A stretch of DNA of 63,507 bases, the filler included, from Chiloscyllium plagiosum (lineage: Eukaryota), in NCBI RefSeq assembly GCF_004010195.1. It is 6 parts of 2 records of this genome, joined end to end, with 100 filler letters (N's around TTAATTAATTAA, not from the genome) between each part and the next. Parts side by side here need not be neighbours in the genome. Positions count along the whole stretch, not along the records: positions 22,594 to 43,217 come from NC_057715.1; 5 more parts are not named here. One strand, written 5' to 3'. The notes below the pieces were generated by a model, which made no database searches, was not told where the DNA came from, and saw only the letters and a list, made by a program, of their open reading frames with translations. Made by a program: the position numbers and the translations under genes. Positions 24,851 to 37,645 of the stretch are shown piece after piece; positions within the stretch are counted from its first letter, which is position 1; each line of letters starts with the position of its first letter.

Positions 24851-25029
24851 CTGTGTTACTTGCAGCTGGTGTTGAAGGTACATTGTGTCCATCTGCTGGG
24901 TATGTTCCACATTGGTCGGCCTGTCTCTATCAAAGTACAGCACCTCCTTCAGGAAGAGTTCCTGCAGTCCTGATTTGCTGATGGTAAAGGACAACACTCT
25001 AACCTGCTTCAGGAAATTTCGATCAAATT
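24851..25029 (-). CDS. DNHD1: DNHD1-like internal exon (AAA5 end and start of buttress coiled coil); not in the ORF track
   Basis: Hand translation (E)FDRNFLKQVRVLSFTISKSGLQELFLKEVLYFDRDRPTNVEHTQQMDTMYLQHQLQVTQ resembles the dynein motif 'vtlinFtvtxxGLedqlLxxvvxxErp'. Acceptor ttcctttctcctaatctcaccag and donor gtatga. Its phase-1 start joins the exon at 26204-26395. Confidence 0.85.
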
Positions 25030-25415
25030 CTGGTGAGATTAGGAGAAAGGAAATTAATCTGTCAGTTTCAGTCCTTTATCCTGTTGAAGTCCTACCAGAG
25101 GATCATTCTGCATAAACTCTATAAACTGGAGATGGTTCAGAAGAGTCTCCTGCAATGGGCAGCACACAGGGTTCATTGAGGGAGTAAAGGGAGGAAGTGT
25201 TTCCCTCTGGAATGCAGGTTGGGAACCAGAGGGGAGAGATTTTAACAGAATACACAACACAACACAGTGGATTCTTATGTGGCCCCGAAATTATGCTGGT
25301 CACAGGAAACCCAGGAATAAACAAAAGGAACCTCAACACACAAAGGGTGGGAAAGTTTTGGAATTCTCTTCCACAAACCACAGTCGGTGCTGGATCAGTT
25401 GATAAATTAACTCTG

Positions 25416-26035
25416 AGACAGTCAGAAACTTTTTCCCCCGGGTACAACAGAGTGTTACAAGGGGATGTAAATTTAAGGTGAAGGGTGGAAGGTATAGGGG
25501 AGATGTCAGGGGTGGGTTCTTTACCCAGAGAGTGGTGGGGGCATGGAATGCGCTGCCTGTGGGAGTGGCAGAGTCAGAATCATTGATGACCTTTAAGCGG
25601 CAATTGGATAGGTACATGGATGGGTGCTTAAGCTAGGACAAATGTTCGGCACAACATCGTGGGGGGGCGGTATAGGGCAGTAGGAGTATATTCAACAGCG
25701 AAATCAGAAGGGCAAAAAGGGGACATGAAATAGGTTTGTCAGATAAGATTAAGGATAATCCAAAGAGATTCTACAAGTACATTATCAGCAAAAAAGCAAT
25801 TAAGGAGATAATAGGGCCCCTTAAAGATTGATGTGGCTGTCTATGTGTGGAACTCCAGGAGATGGGAGAGATATTAAATATTTCGCACCAGTATTTACTG
25901 TGAAGAAAGACCTGGAGGCTAGGGAACTCTGGGAAATAAATAGTAATGTCTTGAAAACAGTCCACATTACAGAAAAGAATATACTGGAGGTCTTGAAAAG
26001 ACATAACGATGGATAAATCTCTGTCACTTGATCAG
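25416..26035 (+). mobile_element. CR1 fragments (3' end 25416-25661; ORF2 piece about 25670-26035)
   Basis: Reverse complement of 10140-10395, plus a KIKDNPK-like remnant. Confidence 0.8.
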
Positions 26036-26203
26036 AGGGGTTTAACCCCCCAGGAGAGGAGGTGCATTGGGTCAGGATTTACCCCTACACTGAGTGCAGA
26101 AGTGGAATTTATACCATGAGGAGTTGTGTTGAGGTGGATTTACTCCCTGAGGGGCTGGGTTTTACTCTCCCACAGTGTGAAAGTGCATCAAGGTGGGATT
26201 TAC

Positions 26204-26395
26204 CTAAACTGAAGATCCTGACGGGTAATGATGTACTCAGGTACAGGCGGAATGTCGGCTTGACCTCAATCTGCAGCTTCCCAAAGGTCAGCTCCCACGG
26301 TTGATCAGGACTCCACCAGGTTTGAACTTTCAACAGCTTCTTTAGAAGGAGTGTGAAAGGCTTTCGCTCAATATTAGTTACCATGAGTGCAATCC
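26204..26395 (-). CDS. DNHD1: DNHD1-like internal exon (AAA5)
   Basis: GIALMVTNIERKPF...LTFGKLQIEVKPTFRLYLSTSLP matches the dynein AAA5 motifs 'GxpvliedV' and 'FRLyltT'. Acceptor tctttcag, donor gtaaat, phase 1/1, 192 bp. Confidence 0.88.
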
Positions 26396-26509
26396 CTGAA
26401 AGATATTTCAAAACACTGTCACTGTGAACATTTATCACCGTTTTGTTACCACATAAAGAAGAAAACTCAACTCAGTCAAGCCCTCATTGTCTCCACCAAA
26501 TCCTGCTCC

Positions 26510-27145
26510 ATTTCTTTCTTTATTTGTTCATGGTTGGGGTCAGTATTTATTGCCCGTCCCTAGTTGCCCCTTGAGAAGGTGGGGGTGAGCTGCCTCCTTT
26601 AACCACTGCAGTCCCTGACTTACCCACAATACCTTTAGGGAGGGAATTCCAAGATTTTGACCCAGTGATACTAATGGAACAGTGATATATTTCCAACCCA
26701 GGATGGTGAGTGGCTTGGACTCCTGACACTTGCCTTGGAGATGATGGACAGGCTTCAGGGAGTCAGGAGATAAGTTACTTGTCACATTATTCCTAGCTTC
26801 TGACTTGGTCTTGTAGCCAATGTGTTTATGTGTCTAGTCTAGTTCAAATTCTGTTCAACTGTAAACCCGTTGTCAATAGTGGGGGAGTTCAATGCTGGTA
26901 ACACCATTGAATGCCAAGGGGAGGTGGTTAGTTTGTCTGTTATTGGAGATGGTCATTGCCTGGTATGTGTGTGGCATGAATGTTACTGGCACTTATCAGC
27001 CTAAACCTGGATACTGTCCAGACACAGTTGCATTTAGCATGGACTGCTTCGGTATCTGAGGAGTCACAAATGATGTTGAATGTTCATCAATCATTGGTAA
27101 ACATCCCCACTCCTGACCTTATGATGGAGGGAAGGTCATTGACGA
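26510..27145 (-). mobile_element. Decayed LINE fragment related to 49260-52460
   Basis: Reverse-complement similarity to 51270-52440 (gaaggcagctcacccccaccttctc, tgggtcaaaatc). Confidence 0.7.
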
Positions 27146-27247
27146 AACTTTATAATGAGACAATAATAGCTGTGTCATATCCCTCCTGTCTCTGAGTATG
27201 TGCAGGTGGAGAGGACTGAGATTGAAAACCGAACTAAAGCCCCTTAC

Positions 27248-27475
27248 CATTGCTTGCTGCGGTCAGCACAATGTGATCCAGTTTCTCGGTGGTGATGGGA
27301 TAGACCCATATGTTGTTGGGTGGTTTCTCTGTTACCGACTCAGGGACCCAGTCAATCTCTTCTTCTTCCACAGGAATCTCTCCAGTCAGTATGTCAGCCG
27401 CAATCCTGTTGCTCAGTGATTCCCCTGTAACAGTGTTCATGGTTCCTTCCTCCTCTTCAGGGAAAGGGTTGTCAG
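27248..27475 (-). CDS. DNHD1: DNHD1-like internal exon (start of AAA5); 5' boundary uncertain (27475 or 27492)
   Basis: Open frame ...DNPFPEEEEG...NIWVYPITTEKLDHIVLTAASNG ends G|gtaagg, phase-compatible with the next exon (G+GG=Gly). Candidate acceptors are tgtag (27476) and gttag (27493). Confidence 0.7.
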
Positions 27476-28445
27476 CTACATTGACACCAAAACTAACAGT
27501 GAAACCTTTCTTATAATAATTCTTTAAATGGAAATATTCAACACCTTTACAATCCCTTCTCAAATGATATCTCTCTAGAAATTGCACCATTCAGCAAACG
27601 TGCTTACTGGAGTAGGCCATTCTGTCCCTCCAACCTGTCCCACCATTCAGTGAGATCATGGCTGATCTTAAATACAGGAAACAGGAACAGGCCATTTGAC
27701 TCTTCAAGACTGCTGTACCATTTATCATGATCATGGTTGATTATCCAACTCAGTAGACTATTGCTGCTTTGCCACATAATCTTTGATTCCTCTAGCCCCA
27801 AATGCTATATCCTTCTTGAAATCATATAACATTTTGACCTCAATAACTTTCTATGGTAGCAAATTCTACAGACTCACCATTATCTGGGTGAAGATATTTC
27901 GCCTCATCTCAGTCCTAAATAGTCCACTCTGTATCTTACGTTGTGACCCCTGGTTCTGGACTCCCTGGTCATCAGCCTGAATCTACCCTATCCAGTCGTG
28001 TTATAATATTATAGGTTTCTATGAGAACCCCCAATCTACATGCCTACTTTCAGTGATTGGTGTGTAGAAGGATATTCAGATCTCATTGCACATTCCAGTC
28101 TCTCACTTTACAGTCAGACAGATAATAATCTGCTTTCTGGATTTTGCTCCCAAAGTGAATAACCTCATGCTTATCCATTTTATACTTCATTTGCTCACTC
28201 AGCTTGCCCAAATCTCACTGAAGTATTCTGAATCCTCCTCACAACTCACCCTCCCACCCAGCTTTGTGTCATCTGCAAACTTGTAGATATTACAAGTTTA
28301 GTTCCCTCATCTTGCAGAATCTGCATTTTCTGAGCAAAATAGAATGTCTCTGCAAATATAATTCTGCAAATGCAAATATATATTAAAATAGCTTGCCCTA
28401 CGGACAAGCCCTACGCATACACAGGATCTGTTCGGATGAGAAAGT

Positions 28446-28758
28446 GGGCGGCATGGTGGCACAGTGGTTAGCACTGCTGCCTCACAGCGCCAGAGACCTG
28501 GGTTCAATTCCCGACTCAGGCGACTGACTGTGTGGAGTTTGCACATTCTCCCCGTGTCTGCGTGGGTTTCCTCCGGGTGCTCCGGTTTCCTCCCACAGTC
28601 CAAAGATGTGCAGGTCAGGTGAATTGGCCATGCTAAATTGCCCATAGTGTTAAGTAAGGGGTAAATGTAGGGGTATGGGTGGGTTGCGCTTCGGCGGGGC
28701 GGTGTGGACTTGTTGGGCCGAAGGGCCTGTTTCCACACTGTAAGTAATCTAATCTAAT
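28446..28758 (+). mobile_element. HE1-like V-SINE, full length
   Basis: tRNA-derived head with A box (tggcacagtgg) and B box (ggttcaattcc), V-domain, and tail gggccgaagggcctgtttccacactgtaag(taatc)n. Confidence 0.93.
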
Positions 28759-28820
28759 ATGACGGACACTTGAAAGTGCTCAAGGATACCCTCATAAGAA
28801 CAAGCTACGATGCTCAACTC

Positions 28821-29034
28821 TTTGAGGAGAAAGTGAAGGCTGGAGATCAGAGCTGAAAATGTGTTGCTGGAAAAGTGCAGCAGGTCAGGCAGCATCCAAG
28901 GAACAGGAGAATCGACGTTTTGGGCATAAGACCTTCTTCAGGAATGAGGAAGGGCTTATGCCCGAAACATCGATTCTCCTGTTCCTTGGATACTGCCTGA
29001 CCTGCTACGCTTTTCCAGCAACACATTTTCAGCC
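28821..29034. mobile_element. Short palindromic PLE-derived element
   Basis: Inverted arms of about 85 bp; 14-bp TSD ACGATGCTCAACTC at 28807-28820 and 29035-29048. Confidence 0.88.
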
Positions 29035-31163
29035 ACGATGCTCAACTCATCAATCACCAGTTCTGATGTGCCACAGCGAGAAACTGTAATGGCCTCCACA
29101 GGAGAGAGATACGGGCTGCAACTAATAGGGTACCCTTCATTGTCCAGCACTTCCCAGGAGCAGAAAAACTACACCATGTTCTTCTCAGACTGCAACACAT
29201 TATCAATGAGGATGACCGCCTCATCAAGGCCTTGCCGACACCCTCCATTTCTCACTTTTAAACAATCGGCAAACCTTAAACAGACCATTATTCGCAGCAA
29301 CAACAAATGAATGGACACTGCGCAACAAATGCCAGTCAGAGCTGTTCCCTCCAACTCAGGGAACACTTCATCAGTCACGGTCAGGCGGCCTCGGATCTTC
29401 CTCCAAGGTGGACTTCTGGACAGGCAACAACACAGAGTGGCCGAGCAGAGGCTGATAGCCAAGTTCAGTACCCATGAGGATGGCCTCAACCGGGACCTTG
29501 GGTTCATGTCACATTACAGGAGACCACACTGCATTATGCACACTCTCTCACACTCAAGCAAGTACACATACACACACACTCTTACATACTCTCACACTCA
29601 CGCAGACCCTCTCTCATATACACACACATACAAACCACACACACACTACCAGGCATGCACACACGCAAACACACACTGTCTCATGTGCACTCACACGCAC
29701 TCTCTCTCTCATGCACATGCACACACATATAGATCTATAGGGTGAATTTGTATTTGCAGAATTATATTTGCAGACGCATTCTATTTTGCTCAAAAAACAA
29801 ACAATCTGCAGGCAGTCAATGTAAGCAGTCAATACATATAATATTTTGTAAATTCCACTTTGGAAATAGAAACAGCCTGACTCAAGATTGGGATACGGAC
29901 AAACCCTAACCTCACACTTCTAATGCATTGCCTGAGCTGAGATGTCCCCTTTTTTTTATAAAGCCTTAAGTCATCTCGAGAATGTGACTTAAAAGAAGTT
30001 CTAGGATTTACATATTAATGAACCAAAACATGCAAGCCACTCTAAAAAAATGAAAGACTTAACAGCAGTCTAGGTTTGTTCAATATATCATTTCAGTTGC
30101 ATGACACTGTAATTGTTTCTATAAGTTCTGTGTCTTATGATTCGGCTCCACAACCACCCCTGATGAAAAAGGAGCGCTCTGAAAGTTAGTGCTTCCAAAT
30201 AAACCTTTTGGACAATAACCTGGTATTGAGTGATTTTTAAGCATGGATAGGATAGGTAAACAAGGTCTTTTACCTGGGGTGGAGGAGTCCAGAACTAGAG
30301 AGCGTAGGTTGAGGGTGAGAGGGGAAAGATATAAAAATGGACCTAAGTGGTCATGCAGGTTAGATTGGCTTCAGATTGGTTTCACAGGTCGGTATAACAT
30401 TGAGGACTGAGTGACCTGTACTGCGCTATATAGTTCTATGTTCTAACTAGCAACTTTTTCACACAGTGGGTGGTACATGTATGGAATGACCTGCCAGAGG
30501 AATTGGTGGAGACTGGTACTAATACAACATTTAAAATACATCTGGATGGGTATATGAATAGGAAGGGTTTGGTGGGATATGGGCCAATTGCTGGTAAATG
30601 GGACTAAATTAGGTGAGGATATCTGATTGGCATGGACAAATTAGACCGAAGGGTCTGTTTCTGTGCTGTATGTCCCTATGACTTTCTGACTCTAAATCTC
30701 AAAGTGTAAAAGAATTCACTCAACTGGATTTTGATATTAGCCAAACTTCATCTAGTGGCAATAGTTTGTCAGTACAACCTGCACTAACTACTTGCTGCCA
30801 CCAGATGGACATACAAGAGCCTGGAAGAACACAGCAAGCCAGGCAGCACCAGCAGGTGGGGAGGTCAATGTTTCGGGTGTAACCCTTCTTCAGGACTGAG
30901 GGGTGGGTGTAAGGGGAGCTACAAATAAAGGGTGGGGTTTGTGACGGAGGGTTTTGGGTGGAGAGAGGGGTGGAGTAGTAAGGTAGCGATAGATGAGCAC
31001 GGGTGGAGGGTTCGGCCTGGTTGGTCGATGGGAGGCATGAATGCAGTTGGTTCTGGAAGGAAGGGTCGATGTGAGATACATAAGAACTAGAAGCGGGAGT
31101 AGGCCATATGGCCCTTCGAGCCTGTTCAGCCATTCAATAAGATCATGGCTGATCTTTTTGTGG

Positions 31164-31657
31164 GGAGAAAGTGAGGTCTGCAGATGCTGGAGATCAAAGT
31201 TGAAACTTTATTGCTGGAACAGCACAGCAGGTCAGGCAGCATCCAGGGAACAGGAGATTCGACGTTTCGGGCACAGGCCCTTCTTCAGGAATGAGCAGAG
31301 AGTGTTCAGCAGGAGAAGATAAAAGGTAGGGAGGAGGGACTTGGAGGAGGGGCGTTGGAAATGTGATAGGTGGAAAGAGGTCAAGGTGAGGGTGATAGGT
31401 CGGAGTAGGATGGAGGCGGAGAGGTCAACAAGAAGACTGCAGGTCAGGAAGGCGGAGCCGGGCTGGAGGGATTCGGCTGAGACAAGGTGGGGGGAGGGGG
31501 GATGAAGAAACTGGTGAAGTCCAAGTTCATCCCCTGTGGTTGGAGGGTTCCCAGTCGGAAGATAAGACGCTCCTCCTCCGACCGTCACGTTGTTGTGGTT
31601 TGGCGGTGGATGAGTCCAATGACCTGCATATCCTCGGTGGAGTGGGAGGGGGAGTTA
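31164..31657 (-). mobile_element. PLE left (tailed) arm with GIY-YIG C-terminus and hammerhead at 31257-31292
   Basis: Reverse translation NSPSHSTEDMQV...EERLIFRLGTLQPQGMN; tail ggagaaagtgaggtctgcagatgctggaga. Confidence 0.88.
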
Positions 31658-32918
31658 ATGGTCATCTTAGTTTCACTTCCTCTTTCATTCTTTCACACAT
31701 TGATCATTTTATAAGTTTGTCCCCCTTACAACAGCTTGTTCCTTTTATCTAACTAAGTTCATAGACCTTTATCAAGGTGAGATGGCATCAATAATCAATT
31801 GATGCATCTGTTTAAAATCTGCAGTGGCACTTCCTAGTGATTAACAATTATTGCAATGGATGCGACTTAATGTTGTTCAAAATGTATTAATTTCCTTTTA
31901 ACATAAGAACCATATCTAACTGGACAGTAACTGTTATTATCCATTACAAGTTAACACTCAAAATAACCACAGAAACAAGACCATTCTAAAGCGCACTGAA
32001 ATGTGACCTGTGTAAAAGCCTTTGTACCTCAAAAGAGTTTCCTCATTTGTCTTCTGATTAGCAACCATAAACTGTGTCTCTTCTCTTCAGAAGGCTGGAC
32101 AGAATAGATGAAGGGATGATGTTTCCCCTGGCTGGGGAACAGAGACCAGAATGAGGAAAACAGTCTCAGGAGAGGTCTTGTTTATGCAGTTGGCAATCTT
32201 GGACTCAGTTGAAGAGAAATGTCTTCACTCAGAGGGTGGTGAAACTATGGAATTCTCTACCACCATTGAAGCCAAGTCCCTGAATATACTTAAGAAAGAA
32301 ATAGATTTCAAGAGGCTAAACATGTTAAGGATATGAGGAGGGATTGAGAGTATGGTGGGGTTGTTTGAATGGTGTGTTCCTGAATCTGTTTTCCATATTT
32401 CTATGTTACAATGTTCATTTCAGTTAGAAAATAGCAATCAAACCATGAACATTAATTATGATCTAGATATGGATATATTCCCTATGGAAGTTATTAAACA
32501 ACTAACCATAATGTCGGAATATAATTTAATTTCTCACCTTGAGCCAAATGGCTTAAAAGGCCCTTAGTATTTAAGGGCAGATTCTTGCATGTATCTAAGT
32601 GATGTGAGCGAAGGCAGAATTGGTCTTGTGAGGCCAGTCTTGATATTGGAAGCATCTCATGCCATCTTTCATGGCAGCAGAGACACTTATTAGAATTGAT
32701 TATGAAAACTCACGATGCATAATGGTTATGTGGAACCACATAGAAGGGCATCAGCAATGAGAGGGGTATGGGCTGTTGACAGTGACCACCGCTGAGGACT
32801 CCACAGGCAGAATGCAGATTAGCAGTGTGGACATCAGTAAGCTGTAATGTCGGGGCTCAGGGAAAAGTTGAAGGCAGTAATGGGTCTCCACGTATGGGGG
32901 GAGGTGGGCTGTAGTGAT

Positions 32919-33142
32919 TGTAATGAGGGCAGCCAGGCAACAATAGAATATGAGCCCCCTGATTCGGGCTGGTAGCCTGATCCAGTCAGGGAGCCCTGGC
33001 TGACAGATATAAATAGGAGTGTCAGTCATCCTGTTCACTCTGAGAGATGGCTGTGAGGAAGCTAGACCAGTGTCAAGTACTATGCACATGTAAATGAAGG
33101 GTGATTTGGTGAAGGGATACTGGCCTCTGTGGAGTTATTTCA
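32919..33142 (+). mobile_element. Probable solo LTR (224 bp)
   Basis: TG...CA termini (tgtaatg...ttatttca), internal TATAAATA at about 33008 and a degenerate poly(A) signal aatgaa. No clear TSD. Confidence 0.55.
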
Positions 33143-33583
33143 CTGGCTGTTAGGGTAATAGGTAATGGGGACCTTGGGAGTGGGTTCCTTGTGAGCAAGT
33201 GGATCTGATGCTGATAATGCACAGTGCAGGTTGCATTCCCACTATTACTTTCCAATCTCTAGTTGTAAAGTGCTATGAGAAAATGGCTGGGACATGGGGA
33301 CCTAAACAGCTAGAAAACTAATAAGATACATCAAATGCTTCATTGACAAAGCATCTCAGTTAAAAAAAAAACAAGCTGAGTAGCGATTCTTAAGCATAAT
33401 AAGTACCGTTTCGGTTGTCAGCCCACTTTATGCCTGCATTGGAGTCTGGAGGATGCCTTGCATTAAGAGCTTTGTACCTCCTCATCTGGTTTTCTCGGGC
33501 TATCTAATGAATTTATTTGTGTTTTTCACATCAGCAAAATCCAGGAAACTAAGAAAGGATTTCCCTGGTGATATATTACCTTG

Positions 33584-33798
33584 ATCCTACTCCGACCTAT
33601 CACCCTCACCTTGACCTCTTTCCACCTATCACATTTCCAACTCCCCTCCTCCAAGTCCCTCCTCCCTACCTTTTATCTTCTCCTGCTGAACACTCTCTGC
33701 TCATTCCTGAAGAAGGGCCTGTGCCCGAAACGTCGAATCTCCTGTTCCCTGGATGTTGCCTGACCTGCTGTGCTGTTCCAGCAATAAAGTTTCAACTT
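33584..33798 (+). mobile_element. PLE right (untailed) arm, inverted copy of about 31198-31412
   Basis: Near-identical reverse complement of the left arm. Confidence 0.88.
33703..33738 (+). ncRNA. Minimal hammerhead ribozyme motif (intact)
   Basis: ATTC-CTGAAGA-A-GGGC-ctgt-GCCC-GAAAC-GTC-GAAT: perfect stem I and stem II, CUGANGA/GAAA core and a GUC cleavage triplet. Confidence 0.78.
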
Positions 33799-34830
33799 TG
33801 ATCTTTTTGTGGACTTGACTCCACTTACCCACCCTCTCACCATAACCCTAATTCCTTTATTGTTAAAAAAAATTGTCATAGCTTTCAAAACTACTTCACT
33901 GGGCGGGGAATTCTATAGATTCAACCCCCTGGGTGAAGATGTTCCTTCTCAATTCAGTCCAAATCTGCTCCCTCTAATCTTGAGGCTATGCCTTCTTGGA
34001 GGAGAAAGTGAGGACTGCAGATGCTGGAGATCAGAGCTGAAAATGTGTTGCTGGAAAAGCCCTTCCTGAAGAAGGGCTTACGCCCGAAACGTCGATTCTC
34101 CTGTTCCTTGGATGCTGCCTGACCTGCTGTGCTTTTCCAGCAACACATTTTCAGCTATGCCCTCTTGTTCTACTTTCACCCACCAGTGGAAATATCCAGT
34201 CTACTTCTTTCTTATCTATTCCCTTCATAATTTTATATGTTTCTATTAGATCTCCCCATATTCTTCTAAATTCCAACAAATAACATCCCCCTCTACTCAG
34301 TCTGCCCTCATAAGTCAACCCTCTCATCTCTGGCACCAACCCAGTGAACCTCCTCTGCATCCCCTCCATTGCCAGTATATCCTTTCTCAAATAAGGAGAC
34401 CAAAACTGCACACAGTACTCCAGGTGTAGCCTCACCAGCACCATGTACAGCTGCAACATAGCCCTTTGCTTTTAATCCTAATCCCTTTGGCAATGAAGGA
34501 CAAAATTCCATTTGCCTTCCTAATTGTTATACCCGCAGACCAACCCTCTGTGATTCATGCACAAGGATACCCAGGTCTCTCTGCATAGCAGCATGCTGCA
34601 ACTTTTTACCATTCAAGTAATACTCCTTTTCACTGTTACTCCTACCAAAGTGGATAATTTCACATTTATTAACATTGTAATCTATCTGCCAGACCTTTGC
34701 CCACTCACTTGAAGTACCTGCGTTACTCTACACAGTTTCACAGTCCTCTGCACACTTTGCTCTGCCACTCATCTTAGTGTCATGCACAAACTTTGACACC
34801 ATACACGTGGTCCCCAACTCCAAATCATCT
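33799..34830 (-). mobile_element. CR1 3' portion; its extreme 3' end lies at about 31078-31163
   Basis: LVRLHLEYCVQFWSPYLRKD translation; the sequence continues directly from 31163. Confidence 0.85.
33999..34153. mobile_element. Short inverted PLE-derived element with hammerhead at about 34063-34097
   Basis: TSD gctatgccttcttg (33985-33998) and gctatgccctcttg (34154-34167). Confidence 0.85.
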
Positions 34831-34989
34831 GTATGGAGTGGGAGGGGGAGGGGAGAGGGGGCGCTGGGAAGGGAATTGGGGGATGGGAAGGGAAGTTATT
34901 TGAAATTGGAGAATCAATATTGAGTCCTCCGGGCATGCTGGCTGCCCAGGCGGAAGATGAGGCATTTCTCTTTTTTGCCTTTTTTTAAA

Positions 34990-36845
34990 TGCAGTACAGG
35001 CCCTTTGATGTTCGGCCAACCTGTGAAACCAATCTGAAGCGCATCTAACCTACAGTATTCCATTCAAATCCAATGGCCATTTAAATGCCCTTAAAGTTGG
35101 CGAGTCTACTACTGTTGCAGGCAGTGCATTCCATGCCCCTACTATTCTCTGAGTAAAGAAACTACCTCTGACATGGGCGGCATGGTGGCATAGTGGTTAG
35201 CACTGCTGCCTCACAGCGCCAGAGACCTGGGTTCAATTCCCGCCTCAGGCGACTGACTGTGTGGAGTTTGCACATTCACACCATGTCTGCGTGGGTTTCC
35301 TCCGGGTGCTCCGGTTTCCTCCCACAGTCCAAAGATGTGCAGGTCAGGTGAATTGGCCATGCTAAATTGCCCGTAGTGTTAGGTAAGGGGTAAATGTAGG
35401 GGTATGGGTGGGTTGCGCTTCGGCGGGGCGGTGTGGACTTGTTGGGCCGAAGGGCCTGTTTCCACACTGTAAGTAATCTAATCTTCTCTGTCCTATATCT
35501 ATCGCTCCTCAGTTTAAAGCTATATCCCCTTGTGCTTGCCATCAACATCCAAGGAAAAAGGCTCTCACTGTCCATCCTAACTAACCCTCTGATTATCTTA
35601 TAGTCTCAATTAAGTCACCTCTCAACTTTCTTCTCTCTAACGAAAACAGTCTCAAATCCCTCAGCCTGTCCTCGTAAGACTTTCCCTCCATACCAGGCAA
35701 CACCCCAGTAAATCTCCTCTGAACCCTTTCCAAAGCTTCCAAATTCTTCCTATAATGCAGTGACCAGAACTGTACGCAATACTCCAAGTGCAGTTGCACC
35801 AGAGTTTTGTACAGCTATAGCATGACCTCATGACTCCGAAACTCAATCCCTCTACCAATAAAAGCTAACACACCGTATGTCTTCTTAACAACCCTATCAA
35901 CCTGGGTGGCAACTTTCAGGGATCTATGTACATGGATACTGAGATCTCTCTGCTCATCTACACCACCAAGAATTTTACCATTACCCCAGTACTCTGCATT
36001 CCTGTTACTCCTTCCAAAGTGAATCATCTGACACTTTTCCACATTAAACTCCATTTGCCACCTCTCAGCCCAGCTCTGCAGCTTATCTATGTCCCTCTGT
36101 AACCAACAACATCCTTCGTCACTGTCCACAACTCTACCAACCTTAGTGTCATCTGCAAATTTACTAACCCATCCTTCTATACCCTCATCCGAGTCATTTA
36201 TAAAAATGACAAACAGCAGTGACCCCAAGACAGATCACCACTAGTAACCAAACTCCAGGATGAATATTTCCCATCAGCCACCACCCTCTATCTTCTTTCA
36301 GCTAGCCAATTTCTGAACCAAACCGCTAAATCACACTCAATCCCATGTCCCCATATTTTGTACAAATAGCCTACCGTGGGGAATCTTATCAAACACCTTA
36401 CTGAAATCCATATACACCCCATCAACTACTTTACCCTCAACCACCTGTTGGTCATCTTCTTAGAGAACTCAGTAAGGTTTGTGAGGTATGACCTGCCCTT
36501 CACAAGACCATGCTGACTACCCCTAATCAAATTATTCCTTTCTAGATGATTATAAATCTTATCTCTTATAACCTTTTCTAACACTTTACCCACAACTGGA
36601 GTAAAGCTCACTGGTCTATAATTACTCCCCTTCTTGAACAACATTTGCTATCCTCCAGTCTTCTGGCACTATTCCTGCAGACAATGACAACATAAAGATC
36701 AAAGCCAAAGACTCTGCAAACACCTCCCTGGCTTTCCAGAGAATCCGAGGATAAATCCCAACCACACAGGAGACTTATCTATTTTCACACTTTACAGAAT
36801 TGCTAACACCTCTTCCTGATGCACCTCAATCCCATCTCATCTAGT
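34990..36845 (-). mobile_element. CR1 RT to 3' end, with a nested HE1 SINE
   Basis: NYRPVSF...SQHG; LLFVIFIND...KFADDTK; HLEYCVQFWS. Confidence 0.9.
35175..35484 (+). mobile_element. HE1-like V-SINE, full length
   Basis: Near-identical to 28446-28758. Confidence 0.93.
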
Positions 36846-37274
36846 ATTGTTCCTCCAATTTGTGGTCTGATTCATTGTGGCAATGGATGAGGCCAAGGAT
36901 GGTCATGTTGGAAAGGGAGTGGGAAGGGGAATTAAAGTGGGCGGCGACTGGGAGATCTGGTTGACCCCTACAGGCCTGGCTGTGATGCTCAGTGAAACGT
37001 TCCCTCAGTTTACGTTTGGTCTCACTGATGTCGAGAAGACCATATCAGGAGCACTGGATCTGTCTCACTTAGAGGACTGTTTGGGGCCCTGGATGGAGAT
37101 GAAGGGGTGGTGTGCCAGCTGGTTTTGCATATTTTCTGGTTGCAGCGGCAGGTACCTGGGCGTTTGTGGGGGGTGGGGGTGGGTAGAGGATTGGCAAAGG
37201 GAATAGCCTGCCTTGGATTCCAGTGTCTGCAGTATTTTTGTTGCCACTAGATGGAGGCATTCAGTACAAGTCCA

Positions 37275-37645
37275 GAGCAGCAGCCAGAGGGGAGGGCGAG
37301 GAAGAGATGAGGGGGAATGTGGAGCAAGAGGCATAGCTGGGGATGAGGGAAAAATGGAGTGAAGAGGTGAAGATAAAGGGGAAGATGGAATGAGGTTTGA
37401 GGTGCGAGGCAGGTGGAATGAGTCTGGGGGGGGGAGTGAGTCTGGGGAGGGGGGAAGATGGAGTGAGGCCAGGAGTGACGGGGCAAGAGAAGGGAGGGCA
37501 CGGATGAGGGGTGAGGGGCAAGAGGAGTTGATGGGGCAAGGGCTGAGGTAAGCGTTGCATGATTTAGGTGGATGGGAAGTTGGGGAGGGGGAGACCTGCA
37601 GTAGATAAGAGGAAACGAGGGTGGGGGTGGATGAGGGATGAGAGT
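37275..37645. repeat. Purine/G-rich low-complexity tract
   Basis: Dense GGG/GA runs with no coding signal. Confidence 0.7.

Larger units (their letters stand above)
28310..30240. mobile_element. Penelope-like element (plus-strand body 28760-30240, short inverted 5' piece about 28310-28400) with a nested SINE and short PLE
   Basis: QQHRVAEQRLIAKFSTHEDGLNRDLGF resembles a GIY-YIG C-terminus. (CA)-rich UTR and terminus ctgatgaaaaaggagcgctctgaaag. 28310-28380 is the reverse complement of about 29745-29810. Confidence 0.75.

Noticed and set aside
28446..28520. tRNA-like A and B boxes
   Set aside because: These are SINE heads continuous with the V-domain and tail, not tRNA genes.
33407..33503. 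Possible 97-bp minus-strand exon (IARENQMRRYKALNARHPPDSNAGIKWADNRN), phase-compatible with the 27475 acceptor
   Set aside because: The acceptor is weak, there is no dynein motif, and it lies inside the PLE-bounded cargo. It needs RNA-seq evidence.
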